A stretch of 64,000 nt of DNA from Gemmatimonadota bacterium (GCA_965116475.1 OZ220691.1:2912001-2976000), one strand, 5' to 3'. Shown: positions 18,833 to 28,662, counted from the first letter of the stretch. Translations and numbers: made by a program. Notes: generated from the letters alone by a model not told the origin.

Positions 18833-21800
18833 ATGACGATGCAGCGATGGGCGAAGACGCGGAGCACGGAGCACCAGTTGCTCGGGATCGTCCGCGACGT
18901 GAGGCGCCGCTGGCGCGTACGCCAGCTCATCCAGGGCGTCGCCGTGACGCTGGGGATCGGGTTCGCCGTCTTCTTCATCGCGACCTTCGGGATCGACCGG
19001 CTGCGCTTCGACGACGGCGCGGTGCTCGCCTTTCGCATCGTGCTCTGGGCGGCCGCCGCCGGGCTCCTCGCCTGGTTCGTCGTGCGCCCGCTCCTGCGAC
19101 GGGTCTCGGACGCGCAGGTCGCGCTCTACCTGGAGGAGCACGAACCGTCGCTCAAGGCGGCGTTCCTCGCGGCCATCGAGCGCGCCGGGTCGCCGGGCGC
19201 CCGCTCCGGCCTCGACGCTCGTCTGCTGGAGGTCGCGGCCCGGCGCGCTCGCCGGGTGGACCGGGGGCGCCGCGTCGAGCGCGACCGGCTGCGCCGTTCG
19301 ACCGCCTGGTTCGCGGGCGTCGCCTCGGCCGTGCTGCTCATCGCTTTCTTCGGCCCCGCCTTCCAGGGCACGGCGGGCTCGCTTCTCCTGAGCCCCTGGA
19401 AGACCGCCGACGCCGCCAATCCCTACGCGATCACGGTGGAGCCCGGCGACGCGCTCATCGCCCGTGGCTCGGATCAACTCGTGCGCGCGTTCCCGCAGGG
19501 GTTCGAGACGGACGAGGTGGAGATCGCCGTCCGGCGCGGCGAATCGGAGGTGTGGGAGCGCTACTTCATGACGCCGGCCGCGGAGGACGCCGCGTTCGAG
19601 GTCCTCCTCTTCGACCTCGACGAGCCCACCGACTACACGGTGACCTCCGAGGGCGTCCGGTCGCCCGTCTTCACGATTGAGGTCGCGGACCTTCCGTACG
19701 TGGACCGGATCGACCTCGAGTACCGCTTCCCCACCTACACGGGCCTGAGCCCGCGCAGCGTCGAGGACGGCGGCGACATCGCGGTGCTGCGGGGGACCGA
19801 AGTCCGTCTTCGGGTGACGCCGACGATGGCGACGGAGGCGGCGCGGCTCGCGTTCGACGGCGAGGAGGAGGGGACGGCGCTCGAACCCGTCGACGGCGCG
19901 TTCGAGACGAGCTTCACGGTGACCGGCGAGACCTTCTACCGCATCGAATTCATGGGTCCGGGGGGCCGCTTCGTCATCGGCTCCCCCGACTACCTCGTCG
20001 AGCCGCTCGACGACCAGCCGCCGGGGGTCCGGATCGCCGAGCCCGGACGGGACACGCGCCTGACGCCGATCGAGGAACTCTACGTGGAGGTTGAAGCCGA
20101 GGACGACTTCGGTCTCGGGCAGGTCGAACTCCTCTATTCGGTGAACGGCGGGGAGGAATCGTCCCGCGTGCTCCACGGCACGGCCCGGGGCGGAACCACG
20201 CAGCTCTCCGGCGGACACACCTTCTTCCTCGAGGAGTTCGGGCTCGAGCCGGGCGATGTCCTCTCCTACTACGCCCGCGCGACGGACCTGCGCTCCGGCG
20301 GCCCCGGCGGCGGCGTCGAAAGCTCGGACATCTACTTCGTCGAAATCCGCCCCTTCGACCGGAACTTCCGCCAGGCCGAGCAGGGCGGGGGAGGGGGTGG
20401 TGGCGGCGGTGGGTCCGGCATGGAGGGCGAGCTGTCGGAACAGCAGCGGCAGATCGTCGCCGCGACCTTCCGCCTCGACCGCGACGGGAACGAGTTCGAC
20501 GAAGCGGAGATGTCGGAGAACCTGGCCACGCTGACGCTGCTGCAGGGGCGGCTGCGGCAGCAGGTGGAAGAGCTGATCGCGCAGATGCAGCAGCGCGGCG
20601 TGGCGGGCGACCCTTCCCTGGAGACGGTTTTCCGCGAACTCCCGCAGGCGCCGCCCGCGATGCTGGAGGCGGAGACGATGCTGGGGGAGCGGCGGCTCCG
20701 GGAGGCGCTCGCGCCCGAACAGCGCTCGCTCCAGCACCTGCAGCGCGCCGAAGCCGCGTTCCGCGATGTCCAGGTGCAGCAGGGCGGCGGCGGGGGCGGC
20801 GGTACGCCGGGCAGCGTCGGGTCGGGGGCCGAGGAACTCGCGGACCTGTTCGAACTCGAACTGGACCGCCTCAGGAACCAGTACGAGACCGTCCAGCGCG
20901 GCCGGCAGCAACAGCAGGACCAGGAGGTCGACGAGGCGCTGCAGAAGCTCGAGGAACTGGCGAGGCGCCAGCAGCAGATGAACGAACGCGCGGCCGCGCA
21001 GCAGCGGGGCGCCGCCGGCGGCGGCCAGGGCCAGCAGCAGCAGATGATCCAGGAGACGGAGGAGTTGGCCCGGCAGCTGCAGCGCCTGGGTCGCGAGGGC
21101 GACCGGGCGGACGTCGAGGAATCCGCGCGCCGGCTGCAGCAGGCGGCGGACGAGATGCGGCGGGCGCAGGCGCAGGGTCGCCGCGGGCAGGGACAGGCGG
21201 AGGCGTCGAACGCCCTCGACGGGCTGCGCGAGGCGCGCCGCCTGCTCGAGAACCGCCAGGTCGCGGCGGTGGAACGGGATGTCGAGGACGCCGCGCGGCG
21301 GGCCGAGCGGATCGCGGAGCGCCAGCGGGCACTGCAGAGCGACGTGAACGAGGATCCGACCGGCGGCGACCGGGACCGCGTGGCCGGGCTGCGCGAACGC
21401 AAGACCGAACTCGCCCGCGAGGTGGACCAGTTGGAGACCGACCTGGACCGCCTGGCGCGCGAGGCGCGTCAGGATCAGCCGGAGGCCGCCCGCCGCCTCA
21501 TGGAAGCCGCCGGCGAGATCCGCGAGAGCCGGCTGCGGGACAAGCTCAACTTCTCGCGAGGCGTCCTCGGCACCCAGTCCGAGGACTATGTGCGGAACTT
21601 CGAGGAGCAGATCACCCGGGACGCGGAGAATGTGCGCGCCCGGGTCCAGGCCGCGCGGGATGCGCTGAGCGAGTCGGACCCCCGGCGCCTCGGCCGGCAA
21701 CTGGACGAGACGCGCGACCTGGTCCGCGGCCTCGAATCGCTTCAGGAGCGCCTGGAACAGGGGCAGGAGGGCCAGGAGGGCCAGGGGCAGCAGGAAGGCC

Positions 21801-22345
21801 AGGGCGGTCAAGAGGGCCAGGGCGAGCAAGGCGGGCAGGGCCAGCAGCAGGGCGAGGGACAGGGCCAGCAGCAGGGCGAGGGGCAGGGTCAGGGAGGTCG
21901 TGGCGGTCAGCCGGGGCAGCCCAGCCAGACCCCGCAGGGTGGCCAGGGGTTCGCGCCCGGCGGGGGCGGTGGCGGTGGCGGTGGACCGTGGCTGTCGCCG
22001 GAAGACATCCGGCAGTTCCAGCGCGAATTCCGCGAGCGGGGACAGGACGCGCGTCGCCTGCGCGACGAACTGCGCCAGGAGGGCGTCGATGTGGGCGACC
22101 TCGATGGCGCCATCGCCGGACTCGATCGTCTGCGGACCATGGGAGACTTCGACGATCCCGAGGAACTCGCGGCGCTCCAGGCCGATGTGCTGCGCGGCCT
22201 GAAGGACTTCGAGTTCGCCCTTCGCCGGGAGCTGGGTTCGCAGATCGAGCGCTTCTTCCTCTCCGGGTCGGACGACGTTCCGGAGGAATACCGCGAACTC
22301 GTCGAGGCGTACTACCGCGCCCTCTCCGAGGACCCGCCCCCCTGA
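18833..22345 (+). CDS. Large membrane-anchored coiled-coil protein (DUF4175-like)
   Basis: N-terminal TMs, D.PP.V.I..P, EAEDDFGL, long Q/E-rich coiled coils, C-terminal VPEEYRELVEAYYRAL; GGAGG RBS. Confidence 0.75.
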   Translation: MTMQRWAKTRSTEHQLLGIVRDVRRRWRVRQLIQGVAVTLGIGFAVFFIATFGIDRLRFDDGAVLAFRIVLWAAAAGLLAWFVVRPLLRRVSDAQVALYLEEHEPSLKAAFLAAIERAGSPGARSGLDARLLEVAARRARRVDRGRRVERDRLRRSTAWFAGVASAVLLIAFFGPAFQGTAGSLLLSPWKTADAANPYAITVEPGDALIARGSDQLVRAFPQGFETDEVEIAVRRGESEVWERYFMTPAAEDAAFEVLLFDLDEPTDYTVTSEGVRSPVFTIEVADLPYVDRIDLEYRFPTYTGLSPRSVEDGGDIAVLRGTEVRLRVTPTMATEAARLAFDGEEEGTALEPVDGAFETSFTVTGETFYRIEFMGPGGRFVIGSPDYLVEPLDDQPPGVRIAEPGRDTRLTPIEELYVEVEAEDDFGLGQVELLYSVNGGEESSRVLHGTARGGTTQLSGGHTFFLEEFGLEPGDVLSYYARATDLRSGGPGGGVESSDIYFVEIRPFDRNFRQAEQGGGGGGGGGGSGMEGELSEQQRQIVAATFRLDRDGNEFDEAEMSENLATLTLLQGRLRQQVEELIAQMQQRGVAGDPSLETVFRELPQAPPAMLEAETMLGERRLREALAPEQRSLQHLQRAEAAFRDVQVQQGGGGGGGTPGSVGSGAEELADLFELELDRLRNQYETVQRGRQQQQDQEVDEALQKLEELARRQQQMNERAAAQQRGAAGGGQGQQQQMIQETEELARQLQRLGREGDRADVEESARRLQQAADEMRRAQAQGRRGQGQAEASNALDGLREARRLLENRQVAAVERDVEDAARRAERIAERQRALQSDVNEDPTGGDRDRVAGLRERKTELAREVDQLETDLDRLAREARQDQPEAARRLMEAAGEIRESRLRDKLNFSRGVLGTQSEDYVRNFEEQITRDAENVRARVQAARDALSESDPRRLGRQLDETRDLVRGLESLQERLEQGQEGQEGQGQQEGQGGQEGQGEQGGQGQQQGEGQGQQQGEGQGQGGRGGQPGQPSQTPQGGQGFAPGGGGGGGGGPWLSPEDIRQFQREFRERGQDARRLRDELRQEGVDVGDLDGAIAGLDRLRTMGDFDDPEELAALQADVLRGLKDFEFALRRELGSQIERFFLSGSDDVPEEYRELVEAYYRALSEDPPP
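21760..21985 (+). repeat. Q/G low-complexity coding repeats (QGQQQGE-like) and Gly run
   Basis: Repeated cagggc/cagcag units; GQGQQQGEGQGQQQGEGQG in translation. Confidence 0.7.
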
Positions 22346-23235
22346 GCGATCCGCGCGTCTACCTGTTCTCGGCCCTCGCGCTCTTCACGGCGGGACTGCT
22401 CGCCGCGTGGGCGCGCGCCGCTGCCATGGCCACGCGGGCCGGACGGGAGCGCGACGGCTGGCGCGGCCGGCCCACCGCGTTCGAACTCGCGGTGGGCTTC
22501 GGAACGAACTTCTTCGATACGCTCGGCATCGGCTCCTTCGCCCCGACGACCTCGCTGTTCAAGCTGAAGAAGGTCGTGCCCGACGAGGAGATCCCGGGCA
22601 CGATGATGATCGGGCACACGCCCCCGGTCGTGATCCAGGCCTTCATCTTCATCGCAATCATCAGCGTCGAGCCGACGACGCTCTTCGTCCTCATCTCGGC
22701 CGCCGTGCTCGGGGCGTGGCTGGGCGCGGGGATCGTCGCGCGGCTGCCCCGCTACCGGATCCAGGTCGGAATGGGGGTCGCGCTCCTCATCGCCGCCGCC
22801 ACCTTCCTCATGGCGATCTTCGAGATCACCGCCGTTGGCGGGGAAGCCTCCGGCCTTTCGGGAGGGTCGCTCGCTCTCGCGGCGGGCTGCCTCTTCGTCC
22901 TCGGCGCGCTCATGACGATCGGGATCGGGATCTACGCCCCGACGATGATCGTCGTCAGCCTCATGGGACTGAACCCGGCCGTCGCCTTCCCCATCATGAT
23001 GGGCGCCTCCGCCTTCCTCATGCCGGTCGCGGGCCTGCGTTTCTTGAAGGCGGGGCGCTACGGGCTCCGCGCGGCCCTCGGCCTCGCGATCGGCGGCATC
23101 CCGGCCGTCCTGATCGCGGCCTTCATCGTCCGCTCGCTCCCCCTCAACGCCATGCGCTGGCTCGTCGTCGTCGTCGTCCTCTACGCCGCGATCGCCATGC
23201 TGCGCTCCGCAGCGCGCGAGCGCCGATCGGCCTAA
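22342..23235 (+). CDS. Sulfite exporter TauE/SafE family membrane protein (start uncertain)
   Basis: TNFFDTLGIGSFAPTT, IPGT..IGH, GIGIYAP, AFPIMMGASAFLMP. First TM begins at a CTG overlapping the upstream TGA; alternative downstream ATG (MATRAG). Confidence 0.8.
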   Translation: MSDPRVYLFSALALFTAGLLAAWARAAAMATRAGRERDGWRGRPTAFELAVGFGTNFFDTLGIGSFAPTTSLFKLKKVVPDEEIPGTMMIGHTPPVVIQAFIFIAIISVEPTTLFVLISAAVLGAWLGAGIVARLPRYRIQVGMGVALLIAAATFLMAIFEITAVGGEASGLSGGSLALAAGCLFVLGALMTIGIGIYAPTMIVVSLMGLNPAVAFPIMMGASAFLMPVAGLRFLKAGRYGLRAALGLAIGGIPAVLIAAFIVRSLPLNAMRWLVVVVVLYAAIAMLRSAARERRSA

Positions 23236-23937
23236 GCTGCGGCCGCCTTGAGTCGTTCCAACCAGCTATCGAAATGCGGACATTCGGCGCGCATGGCCTC
23301 CAAGCCGATTGCTTGGGCGGCGAAGACCCCCATCAGTGGTTTCTGGTATCCGGGAATCAAGTCTACGATTCGCTTCGATGGCGAGGTCTCCGGCGAGTCA
23401 TCGATCTGCTCGGGATTCGAGACGTCGTCTCGGATATTCTGGAAATGGGAGGTTAGGTCTTCACGGTGGATCGCCTCCGCAAAGATCGTACAATCGCTGA
23501 AGAGAAGTGCTTCGAATTCATGGATCATGACGAAAGGGATGAAACGAGCCGGGTCGAACCCCCGGCCCATCGAGCCGTCGACATCCTCCAGGAGCGCCCG
23601 TTCGATCGACCTGACGTTCTGGGGGTACGGTAGCTCAGACGCCGCTTCTCGGCTGGGCCAAGCCCCCGAACCCGTGTGCGGGAGTCCGTAGTAGTCAACC
23701 ATAGTAGTCAACCATGGTAGTACTGAGGGAACCCGTATCTTGCTTCAGGTGACTCGTGATGTCCCTTCGGGCGTTGGGCCATGGCGTGATTCCTCCCCGT
23801 CGCGCTCGTTGGCGGGCGTTTCCAATGAGCCGTGCGCTCACCGAGGCGTACCCGTGCGCGTACAGATGCGGTGCGAGCAGCTCGTTGACGAACTGTTCTT
23901 CGGTCTGACCTTCGACGTGAACGAGAAGCCTTACCAC
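23232..23937 (-). pseudogene. DUF4276 family (TOPRIM-like) gene split by a 13-bp duplication
   Basis: N-part VHVEGQTEE..F and C-part TTMVDYYGLP, HEFEALLFSD, PEQIDDSPETSPSKRI, CPHFDSW lie in different frames; junction is a 13-bp tandem duplication. Confidence 0.85.
23690..23715. repeat. Perfect 13-bp tandem duplication (AGTAGTCAACCAT x2)
   Basis: 23690-23702 and 23703-23715. Confidence 0.95.
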
Positions 23938-23948
23938 GCGCGAGATCG

Positions 23949-25019
23949 TCAGCCTGCCCGCGGGGCCGGTCGTCCGCCCACTTCGTTCTTTTCCCAGAGC
24001 TGTCCCAGGCTGTAGTCCTCCAGCCAGGTTCCGAGCCTCTCGGAGTCAAGTCTCCGAAGTGTCGTCGCACCGTCCACGCGGTCGGCCACCAGCACATCCT
24101 CCGGCTCGAAGTGGTCCAACAGGATGGGAGACTGCGTGGCGACGATGATCTGAGAATCTGTTGACGCTCGTCTAAGCAGTGAAGCCAGCAGCGTTATTGC
24201 ATACGGGTGCAACCCGAGTTCAGGCTCGTCCAAGAGCATGACCGCTGGCCGCAGCGGTGGTGGTTGGAGGAGCGCCGTAGCCAACGCAATGAATCGAAGC
24301 GATCCGTCGGATAGTGACGAAGCATCGAAGTACGCGTCTGACCTGACGTGGCGCCACTCGAGGCGGATCTTGTTCTCGTTCAAGGCAAGGGGCTTGAGCG
24401 CAAAATCCTCGAGGAACGGCGCCGCTAGGCGCACGGTGCTCCGAATCATGTCGTATGACGTCGCGTACTTTTTCCGAAGCAGGTACAGGAACGGCGCGAG
24501 ATTCGACCCGTCGCGGCGCAGCCGGCGATTGTCGTGCAGGTCGGCGTCCGTCTTGATTGGGGACCTCGGGCTGGTATCGTGGAAGTGAAGTGTCTCCAAA
24601 TCGGCCAGCCTGTCCTGCAGGATCCCGAGCAGCCATGTCTTGTTCGGCTTCGACTCGATCTCGCGGAACAGGTCGGATCCGCCTGCCGAGAATAGCGGAA
24701 AGAGCCGATCCTCGACATCCGGCCGCATGATGATGCTGAAGTCCCCTTGATCGTCTTTGAATCTGGCTTCGAACCTGATTTGTGGAGTTACCTTGGCGCC
24801 GAAGTGAAGGAGCCGGTTCGCCCCGCCAGCGCGCTTTACGTATTCATCGGTGCGCTGGGGGCTACGGGCGCAAAGCGTCATGAGCTCGAGTGCTTCTAGG
24901 AAGTTGGACTTGCCCGATCCGTTGGCCCCGATGAGGACGTTGAGAGGTCGCAGCGGCAGATCCTGTAGCGCCTTGAAGCTCTTGAAGCCCTCGATCGTGA
25001 TGGTCCGAATCCCAGACAT
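23949..25019 (-). CDS. ABC-type ATPase (AAA_21-like)
   Basis: IEGFKS, GANGSGKSN Walker A, LSDGSLRF signature, LLDEPELGLHP Walker B, ATQSP. Confidence 0.9.
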   Translation of the reverse strand: MSGIRTITIEGFKSFKALQDLPLRPLNVLIGANGSGKSNFLEALELMTLCARSPQRTDEYVKRAGGANRLLHFGAKVTPQIRFEARFKDDQGDFSIIMRPDVEDRLFPLFSAGGSDLFREIESKPNKTWLLGILQDRLADLETLHFHDTSPRSPIKTDADLHDNRRLRRDGSNLAPFLYLLRKKYATSYDMIRSTVRLAAPFLEDFALKPLALNENKIRLEWRHVRSDAYFDASSLSDGSLRFIALATALLQPPPLRPAVMLLDEPELGLHPYAITLLASLLRRASTDSQIIVATQSPILLDHFEPEDVLVADRVDGATTLRRLDSERLGTWLEDYSLGQLWEKNEVGGRPAPRAG

Positions 25020-25193
25020 CGGCTCCCTCGTTAAAAGTTCTCACGCCAGCGGCCGCTCGCCCTGCGCCTCGTGGACTCGACCGATGATCGGTATCATCCG
25101 CTTGACGAAACAAGATAGGCGAAGGAGCTGGAAATCGGCACGGGCAGGCGGACTCTCTGCCAGAGCTGCTCGGATCAAGGGTAGGATCAACCC

Positions 25194-26201
25194 ATGAAGA
25201 TGCGCATTCTCTCGAGAAGCGACATCGAGCGGGCCGTGACGGCGAAGACGGCTGTGGATGCGATGCGGGTCGCGTTCGGGGAACTGTCCGGCGGCCAGGC
25301 GGTGGTCCCCGTGCGGGGGCACGTCGAGAGCCGGCGCGGGATCACGCTCCTCATGCCGGCCTTCCTCGGCGGCTCCGGCGGGCTCGGGGCCAAGATCGTG
25401 TCGGTCTTCCCGGGGAACGCCGCCGCCGGTCAGCCGCCGATTCAGGGGGCGATCATCCTGCTCGATGCGGAGACGGGGCGCCCCCGCGCCCTCCTCGACG
25501 GCACCTCGCTGACGGAGATCCGCACGGCGGCGGGGAGCGGGCTCGCGACGGAACTGCTCGCCGACCCCGCGGCGGATGTGCTCGCCGTATTCGGAGCCGG
25601 CGCCCAGGGCAGGGCCCACATCGAACTGCTGGCTGCGTGCCGGCCGCTGCGCGAGATCCGGATCGTCTCCGTTCCCCCCGAGGGCGCGGTGGAACTGGCC
25701 GCCGTGCTCACCGCGCGAGCTGCGTCGCTGGTGCCGCCCGAAGGGGGAGACCCGCCCCGGATCCGGGCGGCCGCGACCCCGGCCGAGGCGCTCGACGGCG
25801 CGGGCCTCGTCGTGACCGCGACCACGAGCGAGAACCCCGTCTTCGCCCCCGAACACCTCGAACCCGGTGCTCACGTCAACGCGATCGGCGCCTTCCAGCC
25901 TCACACGCGCGAGATCCCCGAGGAGGTCGTCGCCCGCGCCCGCGTGATCGTGGACCAGCGCGAGGCGATCTGGGAGGAGGCCGGCGACCTCATTATCCCG
26001 GTGGAAGAGGGCATCGTCGGGCGCGACGTGATCGATGCCGAACTCGGCGAGATCGTCAACGGCCGGGCCCTGGGCGGGCGCGGTGACCACGATTTCACCC
26101 TCTTCGAGTCCGTCGGGAACGCCGCGCAGGACGTCGCGATCGCGGAAGCGGCCCTGAGCCGGGCGGAGGACCTCGACCTGGGGTCCTTCGTCCCCTTCTG
26201 A
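25194..26201 (+). CDS. Ornithine cyclodeaminase / mu-crystallin family protein
   Basis: LMPA, KIVSVFPGN, LTEIRTAAGS, FGAGAQG, HVNAIGA, ELGEIV, FESVG.A.QD. Confidence 0.9.
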   Translation: MKMRILSRSDIERAVTAKTAVDAMRVAFGELSGGQAVVPVRGHVESRRGITLLMPAFLGGSGGLGAKIVSVFPGNAAAGQPPIQGAIILLDAETGRPRALLDGTSLTEIRTAAGSGLATELLADPAADVLAVFGAGAQGRAHIELLAACRPLREIRIVSVPPEGAVELAAVLTARAASLVPPEGGDPPRIRAAATPAEALDGAGLVVTATTSENPVFAPEHLEPGAHVNAIGAFQPHTREIPEEVVARARVIVDQREAIWEEAGDLIIPVEEGIVGRDVIDAELGEIVNGRALGGRGDHDFTLFESVGNAAQDVAIAEAALSRAEDLDLGSFVPF

Positions 26202-26229
26202 GTCGACACCCGGCGGACGCCGGCGATTC

Positions 26230-27000
26230 GTGACCGCGATGGGCGGCATCGCGCTCCACAGTGCGCTCGTATGGACCCTCCTCGCGATCGCGCCCCTCAC
26301 GTTCGTCTGCCTGCTGCGCCTCAGGGTTCCGTACGGCCGCCACAATCCCGGCCGCGGCTGGGGTCCGGCCCTCCCGGATCGCGTCGGCTGGATTCTCATG
26401 GAAGTGCCGGCCCCGGTGTTCTTCGCCGTCGTCTATTTCGCGGGCCCGTCGGCCGGCGACACCGTGCCGCTCGTCTTTCTGGGAATATGGCAATGCCACT
26501 ATCTGAACCGGACCTTCATCTATCCCTTCCGCACGCGGACGAAGGGAAAGGGCATGCCCGCGATCGTGGCCGCCTCCGGTTTCGCCTTCAATATCCTCAA
26601 CGCGTATATCAACGCGCGCTGGATCTCGGAACTCGGACAGTACGATGCCCCGTGGCTCGGCGATCCGCGCTTCCTGGCCGGCCTGGGAGTCTTCGCGGCC
26701 GGGTTCGCCCTCAACCTCCATTCCGACCACACGCTGCTGAGGCTTCGGAAGCCCGGAGAGACCGGCTATTCGATCCCGCGCGGGGGCGGGTTCCGCTACG
26801 TCTCCTGTCCCAACTACCTGGGCGAAGTCATGGAATGGGCCGGCTGGGCGCTCGCGACGTGGTCGCTGGCCGGACTCGCCTTCTTCCTGTTCACGGCGGC
26901 GAACCTCGTGCCGCGGGCGCTCAGCCACCACCGCTGGTACCGGGAGCGGTTCGAGGACTATCCCGCGCGGCGGAAGGCGATCATTCCGGGATGGATCTGA
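26230..27000 (+). CDS. 3-oxo-5-alpha-steroid 4-dehydrogenase (steroid 5-alpha-reductase) family
   Basis: PYGRH, GWILMEVP, HYLNRTFIYP, NLHSDHTL..LRKPGETGY.IPRGG.F.YVSCPNYLGE..EW, NL.PRA..HH.WY...F.DYP..RKAIIP. Confidence 0.92.
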   Translation: MTAMGGIALHSALVWTLLAIAPLTFVCLLRLRVPYGRHNPGRGWGPALPDRVGWILMEVPAPVFFAVVYFAGPSAGDTVPLVFLGIWQCHYLNRTFIYPFRTRTKGKGMPAIVAASGFAFNILNAYINARWISELGQYDAPWLGDPRFLAGLGVFAAGFALNLHSDHTLLRLRKPGETGYSIPRGGGFRYVSCPNYLGEVMEWAGWALATWSLAGLAFFLFTAANLVPRALSHHRWYRERFEDYPARRKAIIPGWI

Positions 27001-27889
27001 TCCCGGGAAGCGCGAGCAGGCTGAGCGGATCCACGCTCGTGGCGCCGTAGCGCACGACCCAGTGCAGGTGGGGACCGGTGACGCGGCCGGTGGCCCCGAC
27101 TCGTGCGATCGGCGTCCCGGCGGTGACGGTGTCGCCCACGGACACGAGCGACTCGCTGAGGTGGAAGTAGCCGGTGAGCAGTCCTCCCCCGTGGTTCAGG
27201 TAGACGACGTTCCCTCCGAGCAGGAAGCCGTCGACGACGGCCACGACGCCGTCCGCCGCAGCCGTCACGGTCGCGCCGCGGGCGCCGGCCAGATCGAGCC
27301 CCATGTGGCGGCTCGTGATCTGGCCGTTGAACTCGCGACCCGTGCCAAAACCGCTCGTCACGCGCGATTCGCGCGGGAGGCGCACCGCGCTCCACATGCG
27401 CGGCGAGGCGTGGGCCTCGCGGGCGGCCCGGGCCGCCTTCTCCCGGTCGCTCTCCAGCCGCGCCCGGTCTTCCTCGTTCAGCGGGGACCCGAAGCGCGGC
27501 GCCACCGTGAGCCGCTCGTGCTCGTATTCGCCCGCCCGCACGGGAATGCGGAGCGAGTCGGTCCGGGAGCGGCCGTCCGCGTAGTCCGCCCGCACCCACG
27601 CGTCGAGCGTGTCCACCGTCGATATCGGGACCGCCGCCAGACTCTCGAGCACCGGGCCGACGCGCCGGAAGTGCAGCGCCTCGCCACCGACCTCGCCGCC
27701 CGCCGAGATCACGCCGGAGCCCGACGGCGCCGCAATGCCGATGACGAAAAGGTGACCCTGCACGGGAACGGCGGGCGCCCACGCAACGTCCAGCGGTGGC
27801 AGCGGAATCGGAGACGAATCGCACGAGACGCTCAGCGCGCACGCGGTCGCGAAGGTGATCGCGAACACCCGGCGCGAGACGCGGCTCAC
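26981..27889 (-). CDS. M23 family metallopeptidase (lipoprotein-like)
   Basis: HMGLD, YFHLS, GRVTGPHLHW; GGAGG RBS before GTG 27889. Confidence 0.88.
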   Translation of the reverse strand: MSRVSRRVFAITFATACALSVSCDSSPIPLPPLDVAWAPAVPVQGHLFVIGIAAPSGSGVISAGGEVGGEALHFRRVGPVLESLAAVPISTVDTLDAWVRADYADGRSRTDSLRIPVRAGEYEHERLTVAPRFGSPLNEEDRARLESDREKAARAAREAHASPRMWSAVRLPRESRVTSGFGTGREFNGQITSRHMGLDLAGARGATVTAAADGVVAVVDGFLLGGNVVYLNHGGGLLTGYFHLSESLVSVGDTVTAGTPIARVGATGRVTGPHLHWVVRYGATSVDPLSLLALPGIRSIPE

Positions 27890-27920
27890 AGCCGACCTCC
27901 CGTTGTGGTACGCACCAGAC

Positions 27921-27958
27921 TTGACATGTGTATAACATGAAACCATGCTTCCAGCATG
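27921..27958 (+). promoter_or_regulatory. Promoter TTGACA-N17-CATGCT with two CATG-based palindromes; probably leaderless transcript
   Basis: TTGACA 27921-27926, CATGCT 27944-27949, ATG at 27956 without RBS; palindromes CATGT-N5-ACATG and CATGCT-N3-AGCATG. Confidence 0.7.
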
Positions 27959-28186
27959 TCAAAGATGCTCCAGATCCGAAATGTACCGGAGGACGTGCAC
28001 CGGCGGCTGAAGTCCCGCGCGGCGCTCGCCGGCACGTCGATGTCGGACTATGTCCTCCGCGGGATCCGCCAGTCGCTGGAAAGGCCGACCCGGGAAGAAC
28101 TGTTCGCCCGCATCGCCCGGCTGCCGCCGATCGACGTCGATCCCTCCCCGGGCGAGGTCCTGCGCGAGGCGCGTGAGAAGCGCTGA
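27956..28186 (+). CDS. FitA-like ribbon-helix-helix antitoxin
   Basis: MLQIRNVPEDVHRRLKSRAALAGTSMSDYV; VLREAREKR tail. Confidence 0.88.
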   Translation: MSKMLQIRNVPEDVHRRLKSRAALAGTSMSDYVLRGIRQSLERPTREELFARIARLPPIDVDPSPGEVLREAREKR

Positions 28187-28192
28187 ATCGGC

Positions 28193-28615
28193 GTGATCGT
28201 CGTTTTGGATGCATCGGCCGTCGTGGAACTGGTGCTCGGCACGCGGCGCGGCGCCCGAATCATGGACAGAGTATCGGATCCGGTGACGTCCCTGCACAGC
28301 CCCGAACTCCTGGACCTCGAGGTCCTGCACGTTCTTCGCCGGTACGAGAGGAACGGGGCCGTCCCGCCGACCCGTGCGGGCGCGGCGTATCGCAACTTCC
28401 TGGATCTCGATGTGCAGCGGCACGGCCACGAGCCGCTCCTGTCGAGGATCTGGTCCCGCCGCCACAACCTCACCGCGTACGATGCCGCGTACGTCACACT
28501 GGCCGAAACCCTCGACGCCCCCCTTCTCACCACGGATCGGCGGCTCGCCGGAGTGCCGGACCTCCCGGTGCCGGTCGAGGTCTTCACCGTCGCTACCGGG
28601 AACCCGCCGACCTGA
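28193..28615 (+). CDS. vapC: PIN-domain toxin VapC
   Basis: VVLDASAVVE, EVLHVLRR, NLTAYDAAYVTLAE, LLTTDRRLA. Confidence 0.92.
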   Translation: MIVVLDASAVVELVLGTRRGARIMDRVSDPVTSLHSPELLDLEVLHVLRRYERNGAVPPTRAGAAYRNFLDLDVQRHGHEPLLSRIWSRRHNLTAYDAAYVTLAETLDAPLLTTDRRLAGVPDLPVPVEVFTVATGNPPT

Positions 28616-28662
28616 CGAGCTGATGCGGGTTTGCGACGGGCTGCCAGACCGGGGACGGAGCG

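Noticed and set aside
21760..21985. CRISPR-like or non-coding repeat array
   Set aside because: In-frame Q/G low-complexity coding sequence with no repeat-spacer structure; no cas genes.
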